A stretch of DNA of 64,000 nucleotides from Leptospirillum sp. (GTDB lineage Bacteria > Nitrospirota > Leptospirillia > Leptospirillales > Leptospirillaceae), in contig DAHWKF010000022.1 in assembly GCA_027343785.1 (NCBI GenBank), positions 993 to 64,992 on the forward strand, read 5' to 3'. Below are positions 17,570-27,770 of this stretch, piece by piece (position 1 is the first letter of the stretch; each line of letters starts with the position of its first letter). Under the pieces are notes generated by a model. It did not search any database. It worked only from the letters and a program-made list of their open reading frames with translations, and was not told the DNA's origin. Position numbers and translations under genes: made by a program.

Positions 17570-18589
17570 CTAGGCCACGTCTTCCTTGATGGACGGGTAA
17601 AAGCAGAGCGCGCCCTGGTCGTTGCCTGTCGGAATCCATGGTGGCGATTCCCGTTGGCAACGGGCGTCCGCCAAGGGGCAGCGCGGGGCGAACGCACAAC
17701 CTGGGGGGAGGTCCCAGAGGGGGGGAACCTGACCGCGGATGGCTTCCAGAGGCCCGTCTTCCTTTGTTTTCCGGTTCGCTCCAGGCCTGGACAGAAGCAG
17801 GGCCTGGGCATAGGGGTGGGAAGGCCCTGATTTGAAGAAGCGTTCTCCGGAGACGGATTCCACGATGCGGCCGGCGTAAAGGACCAGGATCTGGCGGGCC
17901 GACCGACGAATGATGCCCAGGTCATGGGAGATCAGGATCAGTGACATGCCGTCTTTCCGGTTTCTCTCCAGCAACAGGTCCAGGATTTGATGGGACATCG
18001 TCAAATCCAGGGCCGTTGTCGGTTCGTCGGCGATGACAATGTCGGGGGAAAGGGCGATCGCCATGGCGATCAGGACCCGCTGGCGCATGCCCCCCGAAAG
18101 CTGGTGGGGGTACGATCGAACGATGGCGTCGGGTCGATCCAGTCCGACCGACAGAAGAAGATCCCGGATCGCCTGTTGACGGAAGGGACCATCCGTGTCC
18201 GGGCGATGGCTGTCGTAAATTTCCTCAAACATGGAGCCTATCCGGAGAATGGGATTCAGTGCGCTCTGGGGCTCCTGAAAAACCATGCTGATCCGGGCTC
18301 CCCGAATCCGGTTCCAGGTGTCTTCCGGTGCGCCGACCAGCTCCTTCCCGTCGAACCGGATCGATCCTTCGAGGATTTCGGACCCTTCGGGCAATAACCC
18401 GAGCAGGGAGAGTCCCGCCAGCGTCTTTCCCGATCCGGATTCCCCGACAATGCCCAGCAAGTCACCCTTTGCCAATGTCATGGAAAACTGGCGGACGGGG
18501 AACACCGGTCCCCGGGGTGTCCTGATTCGGACAGTCAGGTTCTTCACGTCGAGGATGGAGGTGTTGGGGTTCGGAGAGCCTCCCTGCAT
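17570..18589 (-). CDS. Oligopeptide/dipeptide ABC transporter ATP-binding protein (OppD/DppD-like)
   Basis: GESGSGKT, LSGGMRQR, ADEPTTALD, GCAFAPRCP. Confidence 0.92.
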   Translation of the reverse strand: MQGGSPNPNTSILDVKNLTVRIRTPRGPVFPVRQFSMTLAKGDLLGIVGESGSGKTLAGLSLLGLLPEGSEILEGSIRFDGKELVGAPEDTWNRIRGARISMVFQEPQSALNPILRIGSMFEEIYDSHRPDTDGPFRQQAIRDLLLSVGLDRPDAIVRSYPHQLSGGMRQRVLIAMAIALSPDIVIADEPTTALDLTMSHQILDLLLERNRKDGMSLILISHDLGIIRRSARQILVLYAGRIVESVSGERFFKSGPSHPYAQALLLSRPGANRKTKEDGPLEAIRGQVPPLWDLPPGCAFAPRCPLADARCQRESPPWIPTGNDQGALCFYPSIKEDVA

Positions 18590-18975
18590 CAGGAAGTCTC
18601 CCGGTAAATCGCCTTGAAAGGGGCCATTTCCGTAACGGAGACCTGGTCGAGACGGACAGAAAAAGGTTTGTTACGGGAGTTCATTTTTTCCTTGAGCCTT
18701 CCGAAGATAAAGAACGCGACCTGTTCGGAGGTGGGAGGACGCTCCTTGAAGAACGGATGATCGTTCAGGTGGGAGTGGTCAAGTTCCCCGATAACCGGGG
18801 CCAGGAGATTTTCCGCCTCATGAAAATCCAGGGCCATTCCGAGAGGATCCAGTCCCTCCGATGACCAGGAAACCGCGACGGTCCAGTTGTGACCATGGAG
18901 CCGCGAACATAATCCTGGATAATCCGGAATGATATGACTCGCCGCAAAGGTGGTTTCGACAGATACTATAAACAC
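18589..18975 (-). CDS. queD: 6-carboxytetrahydropterin synthase (start uncertain)
   Basis: FAASH, CSRLHGHNW, LDHSHLND, PTSE. Confidence 0.88.
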   Translation of the reverse strand: MFIVSVETTFAASHIIPDYPGLCSRLHGHNWTVAVSWSSEGLDPLGMALDFHEAENLLAPVIGELDHSHLNDHPFFKERPPTSEQVAFFIFGRLKEKMNSRNKPFSVRLDQVSVTEMAPFKAIYRETS

Positions 18976-19303
18976 GGCGGCCGGACCCCTGAAGTGACCA
19001 AACAGTCTCCCTTGAGGTGTGACGATGGATGTTTGTTTTTGGAAAACGACATTGGACAATTTTACACGATCCGATGTCCATTGGGGAGGGGAGCCTTCCC
19101 GGAACCTCCGGTCGTCACACTCCTCGGGTTTTCCGTGAGGATTCAGTCAGGCGAGGAAACGGGCTTGAAAGAAACCTCGTTAGCGGGTATTCTTTTGGCA
19201 CTTCCTCACACAGTCGTTTTATCGCGCATTCCTTTTGGAAGGACGTCGTTCACCCTGGACCCGGTCTGACTCGGTCAGATAAGGGTGTGATTTTTGCGTC
19301 CCA

Positions 19304-20314
19304 ATGTCTGACACTTTTGGCTTCCGTCAAATGGCCGGATGGGAAGGGGGATTCTTGTATCCAGGCGACAAAAAGTCCCATGGAGGCAAACCGGTATCAT
19401 CGACCTCTACGGGAGGCCGTCATATCCTGTTATGCCTCCTGTTATGCCATCGCTCGATTCTTTTCATTATCTCCTTCGCATTCATTTTTTTGATCGGCTC
19501 GAAAACGTCCCGTGCCAACTCGTTTTCCGATTTCATCATCTACCCGTATGAAACCCCCGAGCAGGGGGAGGTCAGCCTTGGTACCTGGCAAAGCCTGCTA
19601 TTGCCGGACAGGTCGGGCGAACCAGTCTTCAATCGTTCGGAATACAACCAGAATATCCTGTTTTCGACCTACTCCCTGGAATTTGGGGTCACCGACTGGT
19701 GGACGCTGGGCACCTATGTGGATTTCATGTCCGGAGCCGGACAGGCCTACTCCTACCTCCAGACCCGCGCCATTACCTCCCGTATCCGGTTTCCCCGCAT
19801 CCCGGATTTCATCGATCCGGCGATCCAGATCGAATACTGGATTCCAACGGCCGCGGCGAACAACCCTTCATTTCTCGATCTCATCCTGATCGGTGAAAAG
19901 AAGATTGGCCGTTTCGTCCTGGATATCAATTCCAGTTTCTTCTTTGAGACGGAAAACCCCGGAGCCGCCGCGGAAGGTCTCCCCCCGGAGATGGCGTATG
20001 CCGGAGGCCTTTACTATCTGCTGGCCGATAACGTGAATTTCGGCGTCGAGGCGTTCGGAGAGCTCGGTCCCGTCACAAACATGTACCCATTCGGAGGTGC
20101 GACAGCGCTGGACACCATTCAACAGCATTACATCTTCCAGTCGTGGAACTTTGCGATCGGAGACCATATCGACTGGAACGTCGGTGTGGGGACGGGCTTG
20201 ACCCAGTCCAGCGCCCCTTTCGTGTTCAAGACGATTTTCGAATACCACTTCAAGCCCTTTGAATCGAACCAGGGAGAGGGGGAACAGTACAAGGAAGAGC
20301 AGAACATCCATTGA
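19304..20314 (+). CDS. Putative outer-membrane beta-barrel protein (start uncertain)
   Basis: Hydrophobic signal ending SRA; alternating aromatic strands; FKTIFEYHF near C-terminus. Confidence 0.55.
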   Translation: MSDTFGFRQMAGWEGGFLYPGDKKSHGGKPVSSTSTGGRHILLCLLLCHRSILFIISFAFIFLIGSKTSRANSFSDFIIYPYETPEQGEVSLGTWQSLLLPDRSGEPVFNRSEYNQNILFSTYSLEFGVTDWWTLGTYVDFMSGAGQAYSYLQTRAITSRIRFPRIPDFIDPAIQIEYWIPTAAANNPSFLDLILIGEKKIGRFVLDINSSFFFETENPGAAAEGLPPEMAYAGGLYYLLADNVNFGVEAFGELGPVTNMYPFGGATALDTIQQHYIFQSWNFAIGDHIDWNVGVGTGLTQSSAPFVFKTIFEYHFKPFESNQGEGEQYKEEQNIH

Positions 20315-20366
20315 TCTGCGGACCGCTGAAGGTGACGGGACGCTTTACCTGTGTTAGGTTATAACG

Positions 20367-21491
20367 ATGAGACTTTTTTCCGGCAAGAGGATCCCCCCGG
20401 TTGCGGGTGTTGTCAGATGCGTGACCGGGGAGGGTCGATCCGGCTACATCCTGTCCGCCCTCGTCGGCGCTTTTTGCCTCGTTTTTTTTCAGGGGTGTTC
20501 GGAAAAAACCTCCTCCCGCATCCCCCTTCTTTTCCTCCCGCCTTCGTCGGCTTTCCGGATCCTTCAGCCCGTGCCCGCCTTGCCCCGGAAGGTGCAGGAC
20601 TCAAAACATAAAAAACCCCCCTATATCGGACTTCTGTTTTCCCTTGCCCATCCACGCCCTGGAGTGGTTGTCGCTGTCGGAGCGCAATCGGTCATCTGGA
20701 GAATTCGGGAGTCATCCGGTCAAAGTATTCAAATCCGGCCTCCCGTGAAATCCGAATTCTACAAGGTGATTTTTACCGACCCCGGACACGGCTGGATCGT
20801 CGGTGACGGGGGGACCATCCTTTTTTCTCCGGACGGAGGAAAAACCTGGGCGGTCGTGCCTACTCCGGTCAAGGGAAAGTTTCTTCAGGATATATATTTT
20901 GCGGATGCCCGGGTCGGTTTTGCCGCCGGAGAAAAAGGAACCTTCCTGAAAACGGGGGACGGGGGAAAAACCTGGGTCAAACTGCCTGTGCCAACCTCCG
21001 AAAACCTGTATGGCGTCTATTTTCTGAACAGGCGTGACGGCTGGCTCGCGGGTTGGCACCAAACCTTCTTGGTCACGCACGACGGAGGGAAAACCTGGTC
21101 TCCGGTCAGACTGTCCGTTCCCCGCGTCACCCGCCAGCAGCCTTCATTCAATACCCTTTGGGGAAAGGACGGGGATATACTCCTTGCCGGCGACCACGGC
21201 CTGGTGTATCTCTCGACAGACAAGGGCCACACTTTCAGGCGGATCGCCATGCCCGCAGAAAGGGATTTGTATGGCGCCTGCCGAACCGGGACGGGAAGGT
21301 TGATCCTGGCGGGGGAAGGCGGAACGCTCTGGAGCCTGGAAGAAGGAGATCGGGTCCGGGAAGTTCTGCCACCCATCCCTGAAGCCGACTTTCTGGGGGT
21401 GTCCTGCGGTCAGGACCATGTCCGGGCGACCGGGCCTCCGGGTGTCATCCTGTTGCCGAAAAATCAGAAAAATGCGCCTGCCAAAAACTGA
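20367..21491 (+). CDS. YCF48/BNR-repeat beta-propeller, probable lipoprotein
   Basis: Repeated G..G.IL.S/T.DGGKTW motifs; FFQGC lipobox-like. Confidence 0.82.
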   Translation: MRLFSGKRIPPVAGVVRCVTGEGRSGYILSALVGAFCLVFFQGCSEKTSSRIPLLFLPPSSAFRILQPVPALPRKVQDSKHKKPPYIGLLFSLAHPRPGVVVAVGAQSVIWRIRESSGQSIQIRPPVKSEFYKVIFTDPGHGWIVGDGGTILFSPDGGKTWAVVPTPVKGKFLQDIYFADARVGFAAGEKGTFLKTGDGGKTWVKLPVPTSENLYGVYFLNRRDGWLAGWHQTFLVTHDGGKTWSPVRLSVPRVTRQQPSFNTLWGKDGDILLAGDHGLVYLSTDKGHTFRRIAMPAERDLYGACRTGTGRLILAGEGGTLWSLEEGDRVREVLPPIPEADFLGVSCGQDHVRATGPPGVILLPKNQKNAPAKN

Positions 21492-21531
21492 TCGTCCGAA
21501 AAAATCCCTAGCGTAAATATAGTCTGGACCG

Positions 21532-21993
21532 TCAGTAGCTCTTCATCGCTTTCCGGTCCCGGCAGTCCTTGCAGATCCCGTAAATTTCAAGCTTGTGGGA
21601 AACGATGGTGAAATTTCTTTCCTGGGCGGCCAGATCCTGCAAGTGTTCGATTACGGGTTGGCCAAACTCGACGACCATTCCGCATTCGATGCAAATCAGA
21701 TGGTCGTGGTGGGTCGGAGCCTTGACCTCGTACCGGCTGAATTCGTCGTTGAAGCGGTGTTCTTCGACCAGCCCCTTTTCCTTCAGCAGATGGAGCGTCC
21801 GATAGATGGTGGCCAGTCCGATTCGGGGATTCTTTTCCCGCACGAGAAGGTAGAGTTCCTCCGCGCTGATGTGTTTTCCGCTTTGAAACAGGGCCCCGGC
21901 GATGATGAGACGTTGGGGAGTGACCTGGATGCCGGAATCCCGGAAACGGCTTACCAACGTGTTTTCATCCAAAGGGTCAGCGGAGGGTACCAT
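21532..21993 (-). CDS. fur: Fur-family transcriptional regulator
   Basis: TPQR, GLATIYRTL, HHDHLICIECG, YGICKDC. Confidence 0.92.
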   Translation of the reverse strand: MVPSADPLDENTLVSRFRDSGIQVTPQRLIIAGALFQSGKHISAEELYLLVREKNPRIGLATIYRTLHLLKEKGLVEEHRFNDEFSRYEVKAPTHHDHLICIECGMVVEFGQPVIEHLQDLAAQERNFTIVSHKLEIYGICKDCRDRKAMKSY

Positions 21994-22202
21994 GCCCTTG
22001 CCTTTCTCATATGGGGGCCAAAGAACGTCATTGATCCGAACAACATCCGAGATTTTCAGACTTCCTTGACGCTTACAACGCACATTTTGAATATTTTACG
22101 ATCCTGATAGACATTCAGGCAACTTTAATGGCCCGGACGAAGTTGTCATTCAGTCGACTGATCGGAATGAAGGGTCGGATTGCAGGAATCGATGGAGTTG
22201 TT

Positions 22203-22223
22203 TTATATCGTAAACCGATATAA
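22203..22223. promoter_or_regulatory. Palindromic operator upstream of orphan higA
   Basis: TTATATCG-N5-CGATATAA. Confidence 0.6.
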
Positions 22224-22259
22224 GATATAAGCGTCGGTTTTTCAAAACGGGAGATTCTG

Positions 22260-22610
22260 ATGCATACTCCGCGTCATCCGGGCCGGGTGCTTGTCGAAGA
22301 GATCCTCGAACCAATGGGAATCACCCAGACGGCTTTTGCTTCACATCTTGGATGGACGTTTGCTCGCCTGAACGAAATCGCGAATGCCCGTCGGGGAATC
22401 ACTCCCGATTCCGCCTTGGCCTTGTCAGAGGCGATAGAAGGTACGACACCGGAATTCTGGCTGGATCTCCAAAGGGACTGGGACCTTTTCCTGGCCCGGC
22501 CCATCCATGATCGGGTACCACCTTATCCTTTTCTGGCAGAATCGGGAAAGGTGTCCTGTGTGTCAGGTGTTATGAAAAAGTATGCTGCGCCAGATCGTTC
22601 GGATGACTGA
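22260..22610 (+). CDS. Orphan HigA-family HTH protein
   Basis: HPGRVLVEEILEP, RLNEIANARRGITPDSALAL, FWLDLQ; no adjacent toxin. Confidence 0.85.
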   Translation: MHTPRHPGRVLVEEILEPMGITQTAFASHLGWTFARLNEIANARRGITPDSALALSEAIEGTTPEFWLDLQRDWDLFLARPIHDRVPPYPFLAESGKVSCVSGVMKKYAAPDRSDD

Positions 22611-22643
22611 GTTGTTTTCGGGGTTTTCCAGGGGTTTTCTTTC

Positions 22644-24671
22644 ATGACGCCTCTTTCCGTGGCTTTTTTTGCGCTCTTGGCCTGGATGGGCCTGGGTTTG
22701 GCGGGCAGCATCATGGTCCGGGCGTCCGGAAAGCCCCTTCCTTTTCTGTTTTCCCTTTCCATTCTTCCGGGTCTTGCAGTGGTCGTTTCCGGACTCTGGG
22801 CGTTGTCCGGATCGTCGGTGTATTCGAGAACCCTTCCTTTTGGTCTTCCCGGTCTTTCCCTTCAACTCGCACAGGATCCTCTTTCAAGCTTTTTCCTGGT
22901 GGTTCTCGGATTCGTTTCGATTCCCGTCCTGTTGTTTTCCACCGGCTTTTTTCGGGAGACTCCCCCAGAAAAGGCCGGATGGCTCCTCCTCTGGATTCCG
23001 GTCTTTCTGGGGACCATGGGGGGTGTGCTTCTGGCGGCGGATGTGTTTACATTTCTGTTGTTTTGGGAAGGGATGGCCCTGGCCTCCTTTTTCCTGGTTT
23101 TGACCGATATGGAAGAGGGTTGGGTCCGGAATGCGGGTTTTCTCTACCTCCTGATGGCCCATATAGGAACAGGGCTCATCCTGCTTTCCTTTATCCTCCT
23201 GTCGACAGGGCAAAACGGCCCGGGCCTGTCCTCCCTCTCGTTTGAAGATATCACCCATGCGATCCTTCCCCGTTGGGTCCCCTGGTCAGTTTTTCTTCTT
23301 TCGCTTGCCGGATTCGGCGCCAAGGCCGGGATTGTTCCCCTTCATATCTGGTTGCCGGAAGCGCATCCTGCCGCACCGGCGCCCGTTTCTGCGCTGATGA
23401 GCGGACTGATGCTCAAAATCGCCATATATGGACTGATGCGGGTGGATCTGGGACTTCTGGGCATACGGCATATCGTTCCTGGCATGGGTGCGATTGTGAT
23501 GATCATTGGAAGCCTCTCCGCCTTGTTCGGTGTTCTGCATGCCCTGATGCAACATGAGCCCAAGCGTCTTCTCGCTTATCACTCTATCGAGAATATCGGG
23601 ATTATCCTCATCGGGTTTGGTCTTTTTCTCCTGTTCTGGACGACAGGTCACTTTGTACCAGCTACAGTGGCGTTTGCCGCGTCCCTTTTTCACGTGCTGA
23701 ACCACGCCCTCTTCAAGAGCCTTCTTTTCCTGGGAGCGGGGAGCGTGGTTCAGAAAACCGGCCTGCATGACCTGAACGCTCTCGGTGGACTCATCAAGAA
23801 CATGCCATTCACATCCATTTTTTTCCTGATTGGAGCGTTGTCGATTTCGGGGCTTCCACCCCTGAACGGTTTTATTTCCGAATGGCTCACATTCCAGTCC
23901 GCGTTGTGGTCGACCTCCCTCCAGCAGTCTTTCCTTCAAAGTGTGGTTGTCCTTTCCGCCGCTCTGCTGGCGCTTTCCGGTGCACTCACGGCAATGTGTT
24001 TTGTCAAGGTTGTCGGAGTGTCGTTTCTGGGGAATGCCCGATCTCCGCAAGCGGAGCGTGCCCGGGAAACGGGTTTACCGGAAAAAACCGGCATGGGGAT
24101 CCTTTCCTTGGCCTGTATCGCGGCAGGTCTTCTGCCATTTCTTGTTTTCCGGTTGCTGGATCCGGTCGTTTTCTCACTCACCGGCGATGCCTTGCCGATG
24201 CCCATACAGAATCACCCCTGGCTCTGGTTTTCACCGATTTCCTTCCGTCAGGCCCAGTACAGCCCGTTGCTAATTGTCTTTTTCCTGGCGCTTGTTCTGG
24301 GAATTCTGTTTTTGGCGACGCGACGGGCCTACTCGCACGCGCGCGTCGCTCCGACCTGGAATTGTGGATATCCCGCCCGTCGTCCCCGGATGCAGGATAC
24401 GGCAGATGCATTCGGTCAACCTGTTCGCAGGTTTTTTGCTCCTTTTTTCAGGATGGAGAGAACGATTCCGGTTCCGGGGGATACCCGTCCGGAATATCAC
24501 CTGAACGTGCGTGATCCGTTCTGGTCAAATCTGTATGGTCCATTGCTCCAGATGGTTGTATTTATCTCTGAAAAAGCCGAAAAAATCCGGAATCGCCGCA
24601 TTTCCCAGTATCTCTTGTACAGCTTTGTGACACTTTCCTTGCTGCTTCTTTATTTTGAGGAAAGGTCATGA
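22644..24671 (+). CDS. hyfB: HyfB-like antiporter-type membrane subunit (Ehr complex)
   Basis: PLHIWLPEAHPAAP, KRLLAYHSIENIG, PPLNGFISEW. Confidence 0.88.
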   Translation: MTPLSVAFFALLAWMGLGLAGSIMVRASGKPLPFLFSLSILPGLAVVVSGLWALSGSSVYSRTLPFGLPGLSLQLAQDPLSSFFLVVLGFVSIPVLLFSTGFFRETPPEKAGWLLLWIPVFLGTMGGVLLAADVFTFLLFWEGMALASFFLVLTDMEEGWVRNAGFLYLLMAHIGTGLILLSFILLSTGQNGPGLSSLSFEDITHAILPRWVPWSVFLLSLAGFGAKAGIVPLHIWLPEAHPAAPAPVSALMSGLMLKIAIYGLMRVDLGLLGIRHIVPGMGAIVMIIGSLSALFGVLHALMQHEPKRLLAYHSIENIGIILIGFGLFLLFWTTGHFVPATVAFAASLFHVLNHALFKSLLFLGAGSVVQKTGLHDLNALGGLIKNMPFTSIFFLIGALSISGLPPLNGFISEWLTFQSALWSTSLQQSFLQSVVVLSAALLALSGALTAMCFVKVVGVSFLGNARSPQAERARETGLPEKTGMGILSLACIAAGLLPFLVFRLLDPVVFSLTGDALPMPIQNHPWLWFSPISFRQAQYSPLLIVFFLALVLGILFLATRRAYSHARVAPTWNCGYPARRPRMQDTADAFGQPVRRFFAPFFRMERTIPVPGDTRPEYHLNVRDPFWSNLYGPLLQMVVFISEKAEKIRNRRISQYLLYSFVTLSLLLLYFEERS

Positions 24672-25621
24672 AATCGTTTTGGGTTTTTCTGGGATCAAGT
24701 CTGGCCAAGATGGTTCTTGTTGTTTTCTTGGCCCCTCTTTTTGTCGGATGGCTGAATATGGTCAGGGCCCTGATGGCAAACAGGACCCCTCCCGGTCTTC
24801 TTCAACCCTTCAAGGACTGGGGAAAGCTGTTCACGAAAGAAATCATTATCCCCGAAGGGTCGTCCATGCTGTTTCGTTGGATCCCCCGAATCGTCTTTTC
24901 CCTGTTGCTCATGTCATCTTTGTTGGTTCCCATGACGGAGCCGCACGATGATGGATGGGTATTCGGGGACGCGCTCGTCCTGATCGGCATTCTTTCCCTG
25001 GTCCGGGTTCTGATGTCCCTGGGGGCGATGGATTCGGGGACGCCTTTCGGGGGAATAGGGGGAAGACGGGAAATGATGGTGGGTTTTTTGGCGGAGCCCG
25101 CGACCATCCTTGTCATTTTTACGACATACCTTGTCTCCCATTCCACGATGACATTTGTGACGGCCGACAGTTTGCAGTCCGGGAGCATCCTCCCCACTCC
25201 CAGCCTGGTTTTCGGAGGGCTTTCCTTTTTTTTGATCCTTCTGGGGGAGAACGCCAGAATGCCCATAGACAACCCCGCAACTCATCTGGAGCTCACAATG
25301 ATCCACGAAGCCATGATGCTGGAGTATACGGGACCTTCCCTGGCGTTGATGGAATGGGCCAGCGCGATCAAGATTCTGGTCTATCTTCTGATGGGAATAG
25401 GATTGTTTTTCCCCTGGGGAGTGACAGGCGGACCCGGATGGAGCGGCCTTCTTCCGGCATTCGGCATGCTCGCAGGGAAACTTTTCATGGCGGGGGCGAT
25501 CTTGGGAGTTTTTGAAACACTGGTGGCCAAACTCCGGATTTTCCGGGTGCCGGAGTTCATGACGCTCGCTTTTCTTCTGGCCATATTGGGATTTTTGTCA
25601 CATTTTGTCCTGGAGACCTAA
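24668..25621 (+). CDS. hyfC: HyfC/NuoH-like membrane subunit
   Basis: ENARMPIDNPATHLELTMIHEAM. Confidence 0.88.
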   Translation: MKSFWVFLGSSLAKMVLVVFLAPLFVGWLNMVRALMANRTPPGLLQPFKDWGKLFTKEIIIPEGSSMLFRWIPRIVFSLLLMSSLLVPMTEPHDDGWVFGDALVLIGILSLVRVLMSLGAMDSGTPFGGIGGRREMMVGFLAEPATILVIFTTYLVSHSTMTFVTADSLQSGSILPTPSLVFGGLSFFLILLGENARMPIDNPATHLELTMIHEAMMLEYTGPSLALMEWASAIKILVYLLMGIGLFFPWGVTGGPGWSGLLPAFGMLAGKLFMAGAILGVFETLVAKLRIFRVPEFMTLAFLLAILGFLSHFVLET

Positions 25622-26283
25622 TGTCCCATCCTCTCGAACAATCGCTGATCGAGCTTCTTGGCGGTCTTCTCCTTTTGACGGTCTTCGCCATGCTTTCCAT
25701 CCGCCGCATTTTTTCGATGATTCGCATTTTCGTCCTCCAGGGACTGATCCTTTCAGCCAGTACGTTCATCGTTGGACTTGTGTCCGGTGAAAAACACCTC
25801 CTGTTCCAGGCTTTTATCACCTTTTTCCTGAAAGTGGTCGTCCTTCCCTTTCTCCTTTTTCGTCTCGTCCAGAGGCTCAGGCTCAGAGGAGATGTGGAGG
25901 TTGTGCTGAATGTTCCCGTCACCATGGTCACAGGGATTTTTGTTGTTATTTTTTCCTACGCGGTGGCCTCCCCCTTGTCCCAAATGGCCATGACCGTATC
26001 GAGGGGGCTGATTGGTGTGGGATTGGCCACCGTTCTTCTTTCCTTTCTCGTGATCCTGACAAGACGCAAGGCCGTCACCCAGGTGCTGGGTCTATTGAGT
26101 CTTGAGAACGGGCTTCTGTTTTCCGCCACAAACGCCACTTATGGGATGCCCATGATTGTCGAACTCGGCGTAGCGCTCGATGTTCTTGTCGGAACCCTTC
26201 TCTTTGGGGTGTTCTTTTTCCAGATAAGGGAAAGTTTTGAAAATCTGGATCTGGAACGTCTGGAAAGAACCTGGGAAGACTGA
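25621..26283 (+). CDS. hyfE: HyfE-like membrane subunit
   Basis: LENGL, MPMIVELGVALDV. Confidence 0.88.
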   Translation: MSHPLEQSLIELLGGLLLLTVFAMLSIRRIFSMIRIFVLQGLILSASTFIVGLVSGEKHLLFQAFITFFLKVVVLPFLLFRLVQRLRLRGDVEVVLNVPVTMVTGIFVVIFSYAVASPLSQMAMTVSRGLIGVGLATVLLSFLVILTRRKAVTQVLGLLSLENGLLFSATNATYGMPMIVELGVALDVLVGTLLFGVFFFQIRESFENLDLERLERTWED

Positions 26284-26287
26284 ACCG

Positions 26288-27745
26288 ATGGATATTCTGC
26301 TGACGCTTTCCATACCTCTTCTATGCGCCTGCCTGTTCGCCTTTTGGGGGGACCGCCCCTGGGTTCCCCGGGCTAACGCCTTCGCCACTTTTCTGTTGTT
26401 TCTATCCTCCTTGGCTCTGGCCGCCGATGTTGCGAAGGAACACAGGGTTTTTGCACTCTCCGGACAACTCTTCTCAGACCCTCTTAATATTATTTTCATC
26501 ATTCTAACGGGACTGATATCGACGACGACCGCCATCTATTCTGTCGGATACATCCGGTTCGAAGAGGAGAGAGGGCGGTTTGGCGCCGGCCGTCTTCGGC
26601 TTTACCACAGCATGTTCCAGATGGTCGTTTTTTCCATGCTCCTGGGGCTGCTCTCAAATAATCTGGGACTTTTGTGGGTCGCCCTGGAAACCGCGACATT
26701 GTCCAACGCTTTCCTGATCAGCATATACAGGACGCCCAAGAGTATCGAAGCGGCCTGGAAGTATTTTGTTTTGCTCGGGGTCGGTATCGCCCAGGCGTTT
26801 TTTGGGCTGATCCTTTTGTATTTCGCTTCGGAAAGGGAACTGGGATCAGGCGGGAATGCCCTTTTATGGACCCAGCTCGATTTTGTCAAGGTTCATCTGA
26901 ACCCGATGGTTCTTTCCTTGTCGTTTGTTTTCTTTTTTGTGGGGTTGGGGACGAAGGTCGGTCTTGTCCCCCTGCACGGCTGGCTTCCTGACGCGCACGC
27001 AGAAGGGCCCACTCCCGCTTCGGCCATCCTCTCGGGTCTTCTTCTGAATGTGGCGCTGTATGCGATCCTGCGCATCAAGGTTCTCGCAGACGCCGCCATC
27101 AAATGGCCGATGGCGGGAGACATCCTCTTGGTCTTCGGATTCTTGACGGTGGTTGTGGCGGTCTTTTCCCTCTGGAAAAGAAATGACGTGAAACGCCTGT
27201 TTTCCTATTCCTCCATCGAGCATATGGGGATCGCGGCGATTGGCTTTGGCATCGGGGGGGAGGCGGCAACTTTGGCCGCCCTGTTGCACCTGACCTTTCA
27301 CAGCCTGACAAAATCGTCCCTCTTTTTTCTTGTGGGGACAGCTTCCCAGTGGTGCCAGACGCAAAAGATCAATGAGATCCGGGGACTTCTTGTTCATTCC
27401 CCGTTCTGGGGATGGGCTCTGATTGTGGCAGGATGCGCGATTCTGGGAGTTCCCCCCTTCGGACTCTTTGCCAGCGAATTTCTTCTCTTCAAGGCTCTCG
27501 TTCACGCAAATCCCTGGCTGGCAGCCGTTCTCATGATCTGTCTTTCGGTGGCGTTCGGCGTCATCCTCAAAAGGGTGCTGGAAATGGTGGCCGGCGAAAA
27601 GGCTCCTCCGGGTCCGGTTCCTGTCCTTTCGAAGGCTCCGGTCCTTATTCATCTTGTTCTGGTTGCTGTACTGGGGATCGGGATTCCCTCTTTCATCTGG
27701 AACTGGTATCAAGGGACAGCCCACTATCTCTGGGGTTCCTTGTAA
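26288..27745 (+). CDS. hyfF: HyfF-like antiporter-type membrane subunit
   Basis: EAAWKY, GTKVGLVPLHGWLPDAHAEGP, KRLFSYSSIEHMG. Confidence 0.88.
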   Translation: MDILLTLSIPLLCACLFAFWGDRPWVPRANAFATFLLFLSSLALAADVAKEHRVFALSGQLFSDPLNIIFIILTGLISTTTAIYSVGYIRFEEERGRFGAGRLRLYHSMFQMVVFSMLLGLLSNNLGLLWVALETATLSNAFLISIYRTPKSIEAAWKYFVLLGVGIAQAFFGLILLYFASERELGSGGNALLWTQLDFVKVHLNPMVLSLSFVFFFVGLGTKVGLVPLHGWLPDAHAEGPTPASAILSGLLLNVALYAILRIKVLADAAIKWPMAGDILLVFGFLTVVVAVFSLWKRNDVKRLFSYSSIEHMGIAAIGFGIGGEAATLAALLHLTFHSLTKSSLFFLVGTASQWCQTQKINEIRGLLVHSPFWGWALIVAGCAILGVPPFGLFASEFLLFKALVHANPWLAAVLMICLSVAFGVILKRVLEMVAGEKAPPGPVPVLSKAPVLIHLVLVAVLGIGIPSFIWNWYQGTAHYLWGSL

Positions 27746-27770
27746 AAAAGTCACTGTGTGAGGACCGTTC

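Noticed and set aside
19085..19109. preQ1-I riboswitch upstream of queD (minus strand GGAGG-UUC...CCUCC)
   Set aside because: Loop too long and the required A-rich tail is missing.
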